DNA of 61,555 nt, filler included, from Collodictyon triciliatum (taxonomy: Eukaryota), in assembly GCA_043381765.1 (NCBI GenBank). It is 3 parts of 3 records of this genome, joined end to end, with 100 filler letters (N's around TTAATTAATTAA, not from the genome) between each part and the next. Parts side by side here need not be neighbours in the genome. Positions count along the whole stretch, not along the records: positions 1 to 28,970 come from JBHJMP010000969.1; positions 29,071 to 50,219 come from JBHJMP010000970.1; 1 more part is not named here. One strand, written 5' to 3'. This document shows positions 16,058-29,255 of this stretch, piece by piece. Both the position numbers and the translations under genes were made by a program. Positions within the stretch are counted from its first letter, which is position 1. Each line of letters begins with the position of its first letter. The notes below the pieces were generated by a model. It was not told the DNA's origin. It did no database searches and saw nothing but the letters and a program-made list of their open reading frames with translations.

Positions 16058-19000
16058 TCATTGCAGATACCGCGCATCAAAGGCTTCATCATAAATGGAG
16101 CCTATTGGTAAAGAGTATGTATGCCATCTAACCAATACGTTTCTTTCTTGAGAGAGAAAGGTGATCTATCCTTTTATTTCGAATGCCGAGTACAAGTGTG
16201 ATTCACTCACAGACGAATGTTAAGAACGGCAGAGTGAACTTTGCCATAAAAGTATGGGACAGAAAAGGAAAACACTATTTTATAACGCGCATGAACTCTG
16301 CCGCCCACGCAATTTCTGAGAGTCATGGACGATGAAACGTCTCTTAAGAGTAGAGAAAATATTAGCGAAGGAATAAAGCAAAGGAATGAATCGTCTTGAT
16401 AACATTGGAAGAAGGGAAACAAGGTGCAGATAGGCATCTCTGATGCTTTGCACCCCACTTTACAATAAGCTGATTCGAAATCTAGTTTTCATCACCAATT
16501 CGGACCCGACCTGCGGTTGGCGATGGTGTTTCCTTGCTGTCATACGCAACAACGTTCAAAACGAATGACAGAGACACAATTCTTACTTAAAATTCACAGT
16601 AGAATGGGCGAAAAGAAGAAAGGATGTCTGCTCACATTGCCTATAACGGGTTCCAATCGTGCCTCGGAAGCGGTATCTGAACGGGATGTAGGTCGAGTCT
16701 CGCCGTCTGCATCGTACTGGGGTCGTTGTGAGTGTCTATGGTTCACATCACCAACGCCACCCAAGCCATCAAGAGCCCCAGAAAGATCTCCTCTGGTGGA
16801 TGGCCTCGAACCGCCCAGTTCATTGCTGTTTTCATTCCGCATCTGTTGCTGGGTTGTTGACAAGATAGAAAAGATGAGATAGAGTTTGAGTTCCTGGACA
16901 GAGAATATCAATGGATAGAAGCCTATAGGATATCGCATATGTTCTTTTATGTTCCTGTACGCTGTAAGCGCATGAAAATCTCAAAAGGATGAAATTTGAA
17001 TCTCTTTTACATATATAAAATAAATAAATAATTTCGTGTTGATTTTTCTTCTGCTCTGTCTTTTGGTGTTTTTTTTTTTTTAAAAAAAAAAAATGATAAA
17101 CGCACTCGTCTCTTCTTTCCATTTGTTGCTGCTTGGGTTGTAGAGGTTGAAAATTGCCTGCCATCTCTCAAATCATATAGTTCCTCCATTGATATTGGCT
17201 CCTTAGGTGCGCTCTCCAACGAAAGACGTGGAACTGGCTCCTTCTTCCGCTGGCTTGTATCCTCTTCTTTAGTTTGCTTTTTCGACCGAAGTGACAAATC
17301 AGCCAGTCCTGTATTCTCTAGATTTGATGGGACTGCGAAAGGGGTGTTACTGGTGGAGGGATGAGCGGTCAAAGAACCCCCTCCCAAGTTCACAAGTCCA
17401 CTTTTTTTTGTTCGACTTGCAGCAGCTTTGCTTTCGGCCTGGTGTTGTGTGTGTTGTTGCAATGGCTGAATCCCAATCTTCTTTGCATCACGCTTGCTTC
17501 TAGTTATGTCCTCAGAACCCTGATTGAGTAAATGATTTAGTATTGGTAATTGATACTGTAGAGTAATAAGATAAAAAAAAAAAGATTTATGGCCCACATA
17601 GTCTTCTGCAGAGGCATCGTGTATATTCCCATAGCTTCGAAGAGAGGGTAACGGATCAAGAACTGTATCGCGATGACCAACTCTAGAAGCTCCGCGTTGC
17701 TCTTGCAAAGCCATCAATTCTCTTAGCTTCACTTGTTCGTCTGGAATTTCGCGGTCCACAGCCTCCTTGTCTTCCCGGCTTTCAAAGTCAGACTTCCATG
17801 GCTTCTCTCTGGACACCCCGTCGAACCCTTTCATTCTAGGGTCTCCAGAATCCTGGTCGATATATTCTTTTGAGGAGCGAAAGCCATTTGCAGGAACTGA
17901 GCCCTCAGAGTCATCGTCATACGGCATAGGCTTCGATGTCTTTTTAGACCCCTTCTTTTCAGAGAGGGCTGAGAGGCTAGGGTAGGAACTAAGCCCACTC
18001 CCCATGTTAGGCGGTGCCTGACCAGCCATTTGCTGTGCATTTCCCGGATATGGGAAACCAGATTCATATGACGATTTCTTGAAAGTGGTATTGTTTCGAT
18101 ATCGCTGAGCGCTGAGTCTACTTTCTGATTGCATGCTTGTTTGCACCGCCTGATTACATGTTAATATATCACGGAAACAAACTGATATCATGAAAGATAA
18201 TATATATATATATATATCGTTGAGATGAATTGAAATATGCACATTGTATACATGGTAAAATAAAACCAAATGTTTTCGAGGGGGAAAGTAATTATAATAA
18301 AATTTCATATGTCAATCAGGAGAGATAGGCTCATTTCAAAAAATATATACATTTGGGTTGTTGGCCAAAGAGTCTTTTGATACGATATCAGGCCTTTTAG
18401 TTGGATTCGCACTTGGTCTTCTCTCTGCCTCATACAGTCCTTCAAAATATCTATTCGTGGAAAAAGGTAATAAGCCAGCGATATTGGATTCCATCACATC
18501 CGAAGTCAATGCCTTTGCAATTTCCGATAGATAATGGAATGATCTGCTATTCAATATGATTACTCCTACGGATGATTCAAGCACTGACTGCCAGTCAGGC
18601 GCATGTTTGGATCTATTTGTAGCACAGCCTGTGTGTGATATAGCAGATATTACTAAAGTTGAAGATAGCGCTATGTCTGAAGAGCGACGACTTATTTCAC
18701 TCGGAGATATACAGACGCAAACCCCGAATGAAAAAAATTATGATTAAATTATATCGAAAAAAAATTACCTTCATGAAATTTAATGCCTTCTTATTTATTT
18801 TTGTCGAAAATTTCTTATCTAGTCCTTCATGTTTAGTCATATCAGGAAATTTGAATCCAAAAAATCTAGGGTTGCGAAGGAACATTTCCATTTGAAAGGA
18901 AGTCAACGGGCCCAAAGTTTTTTGGATCAAATACCTTGGGTGAATTGATTCATTATTATTTTTTAGGGTAACTCCATAAGAATAATGTATGTTAAATAAC

Positions 19001-20851
19001 TATAAACAGGTTGGATTGACATCAGCAATAGGAAAAGGCTTTCAAAAAATCCATGACGCACAGCTGGTCTAGTTCACTTTCACCCGGAAACAGTGCTTGC
19101 CCATCGAAAAGCTCTGCCATGATACACCCAATTACCCATATATCAACCGACTTGTCATATGAACTTGACCTTTTTTTTAAAAAAAAAATAAAATAATCAG
19201 AACACTGTTTGACATATATAGCCATACGTTTTGGTCTAATAGATGGCATGTGACAAGTAAATTGGCTGAGAGCAACTTATGTGCGTAATAAAAAAAAATC
19301 AATAATTTGTTTTTAATAATAAAAAAATACATTAAAAAAAGACGATGTATATAACTGAAGGTTAGTATTTACCCCAGTAACAATTCAGGTGCGCGATACC
19401 ATCTTGTTGCTACATAATCCGTATAGTCGTGGCCAGTCTTTGATAATGTTCGTGCAAAACCTGGTTGTTGAAGTAGCCACAACACACATATGTTCAGAAA
19501 TAATGAATGAGTACAAGAAAAAACTGTGTAGATCGTGCGACACCTAAATTTTGATTTGAGTATATTTATCTCATGGTGAGAAAACACTTTGAATCGAATA
19601 ATGGAAAAAAAATATGATGGTGAGAAAAAGGTACCAAAGTCGCACAGCTTCAATATGTGACTGGAATTCACCAGCAAATTTTCAGGCTTTATATCTGTAA
19701 AACAAAATGTATAATTATATTTCAACATAAGTATTTCATAAAAAAAAAATCACTAGCTGATAAAAGCTATTTATGTCGTACATTTCCATTTGAAACGTGC
19801 TAAAAAATTTTTTTGAGCTTTATGTTGTTGGACATTATTATTATTCTCATGTACTATATTCTGAGCCATGTAATTGATTGCTTTCGCTTATGTATGTTGC
19901 TATTCTTAAGAAAAGAATCTTGCTTCGACCTCTATGAATGACGCCGTTTTGGTGGCAATAATCTATTGCCTTAACTAGTTGATAGGTATAGAGTCTAACG
20001 AGTTCATGATCCAATCCGTTGGCATGCTCCTCTAGAACTTGGAGAAGGTTTTTCTCCATATACTGAGTTTTATAGCACATAAGGAATCATCAAGAATGAG
20101 GACGGTATGATATTTTGTTATAACACAATATGAATTGGATATATTGAGAGAATATTTGTGCCACACCTCAAACACCAGATACAGCTTTCCTTTGCGCCTG
20201 AAGGCCTCTTTCAATCCGATGATATTACTCTGCTTCAACATCCGTAGTATTTTCACTTCACGAAGTGTTGTCTTTCGAACGGACTCGTCATCTGGCAAAA
20301 TTTAAAGAGTGAGCATTCTTTCAAAAAGTATGAAATATATATAAAAAAATGAAGTCATGCAAGCGAATAAACTGATTCAGAGAGATAGGTGACCCATAAC
20401 ATCGAGCTTATTGTAGTCTAAACAGAATATAATGAGTGTTAGGATAAAACCTTCGCTTTCCTTGAACTTTTTTATGGCGACAATCTCTCCGTTTTCCTAA
20501 GGAATGTCAGTTAAATATTGTATATTTTTAACAGAAAAAAATATTTTACACGCGGCCAAAGAATAAATGGTATTATTTTTCTTATCCTTCTTTGTAAAAG
20601 CAACCTTGTTTTTGCAACGCAGAACAACTCCGTAAGCTCCTAAAAAAAACCATAGTTTGATGGGATAATGAGTATCATGAGCAATTGAAAAAAAAAAATA
20701 GGTTACTGATGATACAATAAAATGATTTGCTGTCGCCATTTAAAAAAAAATTGGTGAGAAAAGCATATTCAGACAAGGAGCGATGAAGAGTTCACGCGTT
20801 AGTAGTCTACAAACCTTCTCCAACAACGCCAAGGACTTCATATTTATTCAT
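16058..20851 (-). CDS. CDKL5: Cyclin-dependent kinase-like kinase, CDKL5/LF5 type, with long low-complexity C-tail; 3' end uncertain (about 16058-16490)
   Basis: [91 protein letters not shown] (TDY activation loop), [10 protein letters not shown] and [13 protein letters not shown]. The kinase exons splice GT-AG in frame. Confidence 0.92.
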
Positions 20852-22455
20852 TCTACACAGAAGGAAGATCCCAACTGGCGCTTAAAAGAAAATTAGCGTT
20901 TCCAAGGAATAGCTCATCGAACAGCAAAAAAATCAGGAAGAGCAAGCATACTCCAACCCTCGGAAGAAAAAGCCACAGAAAAAGAGAAGGAAGTGCAATA
21001 TTTTCTCACATATTTACTTTGATAGGTACAGTGTCCATCCATCGAACAAAAGGGGTTTGAGAAGGTACTTTCCCACAAAGATCGACCGACAGCTTCGGGT
21101 AAAAAAAAAAGTGGCTTGACAAGTCCGGCAAAGCAGGTGGTATAGTCTCGTAGATGAGTAAAGCTGAAAGGTAACTCAGTCCCAACCAAACTCGACTCAA
21201 AACACAGCCCCTTTCATTCATGCCATGGCCGCATGTGTGTCTGGAGGTATTCCCATGGCTTGCGATCGACAGAAACCTCCTTCCCCCACGAAGCAGCCTC
21301 CTTCACTCAAAGCCATCACCGCAAATCTGAACGGATCAGATTCATCACCGACGTAAACACAAACACAAAAAACGATTTCCTAATATGGATTCCATATATG
21401 GGTATGTCTACGCGCTGTTGTTAAAGTATAGAAGCCGTTGGTCCAGGGTGGAAGGCGGTCTCTTTATCTCGGAACTGCTTTTTTCTTTTTTTCTTTTTCT
21501 TTTATCTTATATATTTTATCTTTTATTTTTTGTCTTTTATTTTTTTATCTTTTATTCACCCGCACCTGCCTCTCCACCATTTTACATTCTGCGGTGGACT
21601 CTCACAGATTCAGGTGTTTGCATTCACGCCGTCAAATAGTCAAGACTGAATCTACCCATCATAACCCCAGAGTCACATAAAATTGAACTATCCTGATGAA
21701 AAAAAAATCACATAAAGATACGATTATTCGGATTTTTATGCGCGGCTCGAGACTCACAGCTGAAATAATCTACGCCCTGTAAACCTATTTTCCCTGCTCC
21801 TTTTTCTTTCTGTTGGAGTTGCTGGATAATTATACTAACGTCATAAGGCATTAGGGATGAAAGTAAGGTTAAATACCCTTATCTGATATAGATAACATTG
21901 TCTCCAGCGTGATTTGATTTGTCACCAAAAAAATGAAAAGGAATAATCATTTTTACATAATCTCCTGCAATAGATTTCCACAGCCGTTCACGAACACGAC
22001 TCATATTTCAAAAGGAATTCGTTTCTCTAAAAATTGAGACAGAAGCCCCCAGAATGCTCCCATTTTATGAACGCACTTGGGCCAACACCCACAAGATGTT
22101 CCTTAGATGGGATTACTTCTCATACGGTAAGTAGAAAAATGTAATGAGCGATTCTGGCTGAAATTCGGTTCTGAAATGCGACACATTCAAGTCGAAGTCA
22201 AGTTAACATGTAAATAGTATTTTTCTGTGCACATTTTCTCTTTAGTTTACACATTAAAAAAAAAAAAAAGAGAATCCCCCATTTTCGAGTATGCATGAAA
22301 ATTTCAACATTCACACACGCTTTCGCTTTGAGAAAGAAATGGATATGATATAAAAATCATGTTACAAATAGAGCCATCGTATTACACAATCAGGGAATAA
22401 ATCCAACGTATATATAGCAACTTCGGTTTAATTGAATGAGTGTCCCGCAAATACG

Positions 22456-23223
22456 TTAGGCATGGATAGCGGAGTATGTTGTAATCCATGAAACCTATAA
22501 AAATGTCTGAGAAAAACAAACGATATATCGGCTTGCATATATCCACAAAAAAAAAAAAATTAGTCAACCAACCATAAAGGCTGCAAAAGCTGGCATCATT
22601 CCCTCCTGAATAAGTTCACCACGTCCACCAAAGTCATCTTCGTTTATCCCCAAATATTTTGTCGTGTAGAGAGTAACAAAGAGGGCATTTGTGGCAACGA
22701 AGCTGCAATATTATTTACATAAGGAACATCTTACAAATTGGATGATTCTAAGCTCATTTATGTCGTATTTCATGTGTTTTAGACCATTTGCATAGCTCAC
22801 TTCACGCAAACTATAGTCTATGAATAATTAGAAATGGTCAACCCCCACCTTGCAAGTCCAACTGCGCCAGTGATCGCGATGATTCCCCAGATCAGGCCAA
22901 CCACAATTGCAAAAGCCTGTCGTGTCCAGTAGATCGCCTCCGTAAGCTCCTCCTACAATTACATTAAAGGCTCAGGCAAACACAGATTACAAAAAAAAAA
23001 AAAAAGAAGAAAACAGTGTCTTCTGCTCGAATCATCAAGGAAAAAGCCCCAACTCTTCGATTTCATTCGTCTCAGAAGCGAAAACAAAACCGAGCGGAAG
23101 AAGAGTATCATTGTTTCGCTCTGGCGATTTCATACAGAACTAAGACTGTGCTCGGATTGTTACCTTTTCCCACTTCTGGCCTGGTTGCAGAGCCTTCTTC
23201 CAGTCGAGCTTCTTATCGGGCAT
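22456..23223 (-). CDS. RAB5IF: RAB5IF/OPTI (C20orf24-like; GEL complex subunit), 4 exons
   Basis: Not in the ORF track. Spliced product: MPDKKLDWKKALQPGQKWEK/EELTEAIYWTRQAFAIVVGLIWGIIAITGAVGLAS/FVATNALFVTLYTTKYLGINEDDFGGRGELIQEGMMPAFAAFM/VSWITTYSAIHA*. It carries the family motifs IYWxRQ, GLIWG, xDFGG..EG and a terminal W. Confidence 0.9.
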
Positions 23224-24458
23224 GGGACGTTTTCTACTTCTGCGCTTGCTTTTCAGAGTCTGTTGCTATGAATAAGGGCGGTCTACAAAGTACCTTCTGG
23301 CCACACATCACAAATCCATCAAATCTGCCCTGATTGAAACCCACATCAAAGGCTTTGGCGCAGAGAATTTCCGCTTTAGAAAAATGTACCATAATAATAT
23401 ATCCGTATATTTATATATGGTATGTAAGATCTGATGTGTTCCGCTCGTTGTTTTGTGTTGTGTGTGGATGCAAGAGCAAGAGGCTGCCAGAAAGGAATCG
23501 TGCATATGCCCTCATTTTGGCCCGGTAGTCTTGATAGGTTGATAACCTTCATACCTGCCTGGAAATAATTTTTGTTTTGCTACAATCACAGAATATGATG
23601 AACATATAGTTGTCACTAGGTACTAGTAAGAAAACAGACGATAAGTGCATGTAAACTGATTTGACTTAAGCTAATAAACGAGACTTTGCTATTCATTTCA
23701 AAACCATTATTGCCCCCTTTCCCCCCCCCCCCCTTTCGATTTGCGCAAGATGGTGGATTTTATCATTCCTCATTCAATATCCTTCACTTTCTCACCACTA
23801 TTTTCACGTGGGGTTCTCCTTGCCCTTGAGGAACTCAATGACATGAAAGTGCAAACAAGTAAAACTGGAACCTAGCTCTCTATATGGGCTATACTTTGGC
23901 AAAGAACACACAAGCTGTGAAATTCCCACCTCCATATCCAAAGCAACACCTGCTCTTCCTGACTTCACCTTGTTACTCTCTGCGATGATGGACGCTCTTT
24001 GCGTGAAAACTCATCAACAAAGAGAGGAGGATTCGACTCCGAAGTTATCAAGTATTTAGATTGTTGCTGCGAGGTGGTACCATGGCCAGACCACGCCTTC
24101 ATGATATCTCCAACTTCATCCTGTAAAATCTGGTTGTACTTCTATTTTTGTATATCTCCTTAATCTCTTGACCAGTCTCTCATTTCGACTGCGGTAGTTT
24201 TCTCTGAGAAAAGGAGACTAGAAAGGAAGACTAAAAACGGAGGCTCCTGGCTTCATCAGACAAGCCCCTGCTCTTTTCACAGATTCATGGCTTTGCAGTC
24301 AAAGACTTTCTTTCATCTGTTCGCCCATCTCTACAGGCAAAAGATGCTTGGCTGCACCTGTGTGCGCCATCAAACCGTACAAAAACTGAAACAGCTACAC
24401 CAATCCACACACACTCGATTATCTGGGTGTATGCATATGGATGAATGTGATACTCCTT

Positions 24459-24929
24459 TTATTCCCTTTTCTTGAACACAAAGCGACCCACAAAGCGAAC
24501 AAACGCCCCTATCCAATATATAGAAAGGAAGCATTAATACACCCTCACTAATTTCTCATCACGCACAAACTAAGGATGAAGGCTTTGCTTGTAAAGATTA
24601 GTATCATCAGTCACCCTCACTTACCGTATGGAATCATGATTATGGATATTGCGACACACGCACCCCATTCCCTCCCGTTCAGAGGAACAGTGTTGGAAAA
24701 AACGCCACCGAACTGTACAACTAAAACCTATCAAATCCATATTGTATGGATATGAGGGGATATTGATTGGTATTTGAAAGTCAAGTGACATATTGGTCCC
24801 CATTCTAAATAAAATACATCCCCTTGCTTTCTATGGTGATGCCCCTACCTGGATGAAGGAGATGATGATAATGATGACAATGAACATCCCATTCCTCGTG
24901 AAAGCAGAGAAGATGTTTATATCTGCAAT

Positions 24930-25024
<95 letters not shown>

Positions 25025-26164
25025 GAAGAAAAAAATGTGTTGATAAGCGATGCAGATGCTGTCCGACGTGGTTTCCCAAATACTCGCACTTTTTGGAAGT
25101 GTCTTCACATTCTTGTCTTCTTTTTTTCTTTTTAAAAAATATATGAATCAAAACTGAAATACATACCGTTGTTGATATTGTGCGCTAAGGTCTCGTTACA
25201 CAGTTGAAGAAGAACAAAGGTGGTGAACACCAGTGTATGGATGACATCCAAATCATCATCCCTACTAAACTCCGAGCTGTTGGAGTCGCTCGGGTCGTAG
25301 TCCAGCCACTTAGGAACTTGGTATCGCATCAGCACAAGAGCAGTCACCTTTTTGTGAAATCAGTGTTACTTCACGCCGATTGGGTGTATATCCCAACAAC
25401 CCATGTCAATATCCATAAATGTCTCCTCTTTTCTACCTGGTAGATAAACTGCGCTACCATGTACCGCATCATGGACGCTGTGATGAGGTGGTCGCTTTTC
25501 TTGTTTCTAATAACAGACACCAGCCCATCAAAATATTCATGATATATTCATGGCAAATACACACAAAGCATGCACTGTGCGGCATCGGGTTGAAATGGAA
25601 CAAATGGCGGTAAAATGGGGCTTAATTGTGCTTCTCACGGTTTCCTCTCCATTATGGCGGCGTCTGGAGGGTCTGTTGCCAAAGCAAGCGCGCCCAGTGT
25701 GTCCATAATCAAGTTGACCCAAAGGAGCTGGACCGGTGTCAAAGGTGACTCCCCGTCAATGACGGACCCGAGAATCACGATGAAGACAGCAACCTGTGTT
25801 TAGGTATCGTCTTTTAGCATATTTGACGCACATGCTTGATAAAACTGGGATAGGCCTGTGGGCACATAGTTTCTCTCCAAGTTGCTCGCATGGTGTCATA
25901 TTTCTGGTGACTTTTCTACCATATTGACGGAGAGCTGGAACTGGAGAAACTTTTGGATGCAATCGTAGACGTTTCTTCCCCAGCGAATAGCATTCACAAT
26001 GGACCCAAAGTTATCATCCATGAGAACAATGTCTGCGATATTTTCTTTCATTAATTGACTCTTCTGATGTTACGTGGGTCACAAGTACGAGGGCAAAATA
26101 GCAATATGAGCATGAATATAAGAATAATATTCCCAATCATGGCATTTTATTAATGATATAATAG

Positions 26165-26262
<98 letters not shown>

Positions 26263-28768
26263 TCATCATCATCATCATCATCATCAACAACAACAATAAC
26301 AATAACAATTCTGGGAATAGTGATAGTAATAGCAATAACAACAGCAATACTAAAAGTATGAAGGGGTAAGGAAAGTGAAAGCGAAGAGGCTTAACCTGAT
26401 GCATTCATGGCTATTTGGGTTCCTGCGATTCCCATAGCGAACCCGACATCTGCTTCCTTCAGAGCTGGGGCGTCGTTTGTGCCATCTCCTGTCACTAAAT
26501 CACCAGACTCTTGAGAAAGCAGCTCAAACATTACAGGGTACTCACATCCATTTCTCACCAGCTACCACTTCGCCCATGGCCTTCAGTCTTGTCACAAGCT
26601 CGAATTTGTCAGCCGGTGACGACCGTGCAAGTACCCGAATCTTTTTGATTACCTCGTCCTTTTGCCTGCAAGGTCATCTGTCACGCTCACATACCCACTC
26701 CACTAGCTTCGATTCGTGTATACATGAGGTAATCGATGTTTGCTATGAATCTTGGTGAAGCTTTACATACGAATCAGGGAGCTCTCTGAACTTGGGCCCT
26801 TCCATCGCGATATCCTTTTCGCCCAGAATACCACACTCACGCGCGATTGTTGTTGCCGTCAATATGTTGTCACCCGTGACCATTCTGACTGTGACACCTG
26901 CGCTCTACAAGTAGGTTGGGTCGTTAGTTTACCGTCGGGTATATTGTGGCGGACGCTTGCAGTCTTCTCCTCGGCTCTCCTATTCTTTGGGAGTGTAGGA
27001 ATCATACCTGACAAGCCCGAACGGCCTCCGGCACGTTTTTCCGAAGCGGGTCCTGAAATCAAATGTGAGCATGCACAACGTTAAAGCGAAGGGCCGTCTT
27101 GGTGATATATGGGTGAGCGAGGACATACTTTGATTCCAACAAGTGCGATGAACACGAGGTTGTTCTCAGGGTCTTCGTCTTCTGCAGGAACTGCGTACAA
27201 ATCCTTGTATGCTATCACCAATGTTCTCAAGCCTGCATAACACACAAGTAAAGTAAGCAGAAGTAGCGAAGACACGTGCAGTCTCAACCATCGTGTTTTT
27301 GCGTTTAATGAGTGGTAGGAATGCGAACGCCTCTTTGACTGGTGTGGTGGATGGGTAAAAGCCAAAACTCTTTCTTTTTTCTTTCTACCTGACTTTGCCA
27401 TTCGCACGATGTTTGAGTTTATGTCGTCCTTCAGGCTGTCGATGGGCGCAATCTCTCCTGTCATCTTGATGTAGCTGTTGCACAAGCCCAGGACGATTTC
27501 CGAAGCCCCCTGTGTGTATTGCATGCAAGCCCTATGTAAGCATCACGTCGTCTGTGTCCACATGTTGCGTTTCGCTCTCGCCAAGCATACAATACCTAAT
27601 ACTCTACCTTTGTGTGCAAGCGGAAAGGGGCGCCTCCACTCCTCAGCGTTACTAATGTGCTCATTCGTTTTCGGGATGAAGTGAACGCATATCTTGATTT
27701 GGTTAAAGAGGTGCAAGTATCCCATTTTTTCTTTTCTACTCCTTTGTCGTTAATCATACAATTCCAATGAAATGTTTGTCACAAGGCTTTCTCGTTTGAA
27801 TCCATATTGAAGCATCAGATAGAATTCACACAACACAATTAATTTTAGGATACTCGACAGACGCAACCTTTGGGGTCTCTTTGCGAAGCGCTTCGTAATC
27901 CGCACCGAGCTTGCCAGTCATGACCAACAAAGCTCCCTCGGTGGAGCTCCCCACAAAAGTCTGATTGTAAAGGTTGAATCGGTTATCACACCTATCTTTG
28001 GCACTTTGCCTTCATGGTTGATGCGGAGCTTGTATACTCAACAGAGAATATGGATATAATAATGATAATGATAATGATGATGATGACAATGATTACCGGA
28101 AATCCGTTGGCTGATTCCCACTTTACGAAGCACGTGGAGTTGCCACTGACACTCTTGAGATGCAGAGCTTTTTTTAAAAAAAAAATTGACTATTTATATG
28201 TTGTATGGATCAGGAAGCTCACCTGGACAAGTATAGTCTTGAATTGGTCTGGGATGGATGTGGCTGTAAACTCGGTGATTTCAGGCTGCAGTGGAGTGTA
28301 CAGATTCGTGACTGTCATGCGGTTTTCTGTCAGCGTTCCAGTCTTGTCAGAGCATATCTGAGTTGCGCTCCCCATCGTCTCGCTGGCATCCAGGTGCCGA
28401 ACAAAGTTTTTCTCCTGTATCATCTTAACCATGGAGTAAGCAAGCGAGATGGTGACGGCCAGAGGCAGGCCCTCCGGGACACAAACCACAACGATTGTGA
28501 TCGACACCACGAAAAAGTCCAGCAGCTCTTGCAAGTCTGACGCCTTGAAATCCTCCGTCTCTTTCACGGCCCAGTTGATGGTCAACGCAACAAAAGTAAC
28601 AAACCCAGCCCCAAACCCGACATATCCAATCTGGTTTGCAAGGATGTTGAGCTTCTGCTGGAGAGGAGTGTCTTCGGACTGCTTGTCGTTCAAGAGCTTC
28701 TGAATCTGGCCGCCAGTCGACAGGGGGCCGACCGTGGTCACAAGCATTGTGCATGAGCCTTCGTTTAC
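24459..28768 (-). CDS. P-type Ca2+-transporting ATPase, type IIB (PMCA/ACA); 5'-truncated at contig end
   Basis: [44 protein letters not shown] (phosphorylated Asp), [70 protein letters not shown]. The last exon ([16 protein letters not shown]) is inferred from the nearest in-phase acceptor. Confidence 0.95.
24933..25022. repeat. (CA)n microsatellite in a Ca2+-ATPase intron
   Basis: Directly visible. Confidence 0.95.
26166..26308. repeat. (AAC)n(ATC)n microsatellite in a Ca2+-ATPase intron
   Basis: Directly visible. Confidence 0.95.
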
Positions 28769-28872
28769 CTGACGTTGGCTTCAATCGATAAGTGGCGCTG
28801 GACTTTTAAGATTGGCACTGCTGTATTTTAGTTTGAGCAAGTGCGCTTTGATTTGTAATTTTTTTTATTCCT

Positions 28873-28970
28873 TATCTGTTTTTTATCTGTTTTTTTATCT
28901 GTTTTTTTATCTGTTTTTTTATCTGTTTTTTTATCTGTTTTTTTATCTGTTTTTTTATCTGTTTTTTTAT
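28873..28970. repeat. (TTTTTT(T)ATCTG)n 11-12-mer repeat at contig end
   Basis: Directly visible; runs into the linker. Confidence 0.92.
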
Positions 28971-29070
28971 NNNNNNNNNNNNNNNNNNNNNNNNNNNNNN
29001 NNNNNNNNNNNNNNTTAATTAATTAANNNNNNNNNNNNNNNNNNNNNNNNNNNNNNNNNNNNNNNNNNNN
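28971..29070. other. Artificial contig linker (44 N + TTAATTAATTAA + 44 N)
   Basis: Exactly 100 nt with a 12-mer that gives stops in all six frames. Genes on both sides are 5'-truncated. Confidence 0.97.
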
Positions 29071-29236
29071 TTCAGTTTATTCAGTTTATTCAGTTTATTC
29101 AGTTTATTCAGTTTATTCAGTTTATTCAGTTTATTCAGTTTATTCAGTTTATTCAGTTTATTCAGTTTATTCAGTTTATTCAGTTTATTCAGTTTATTCA
29201 GTTTATTCAGTTTATTCAGTTTATTCAGTTTATTCA
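29071..29236. repeat. (TTCAGTTTA)n 9-mer repeat at contig start (EMC2 intron)
   Basis: About 18 perfect copies. Confidence 0.95.
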
Positions 29237-29255
29237 TTTGTACTCTTTTTTACAG

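Noticed and set aside
29071-29236. Regular short repeats as a CRISPR array or telomere
   Set aside because: Perfect 9-mer tandem with no spacers, located in an intron of a eukaryotic gene.
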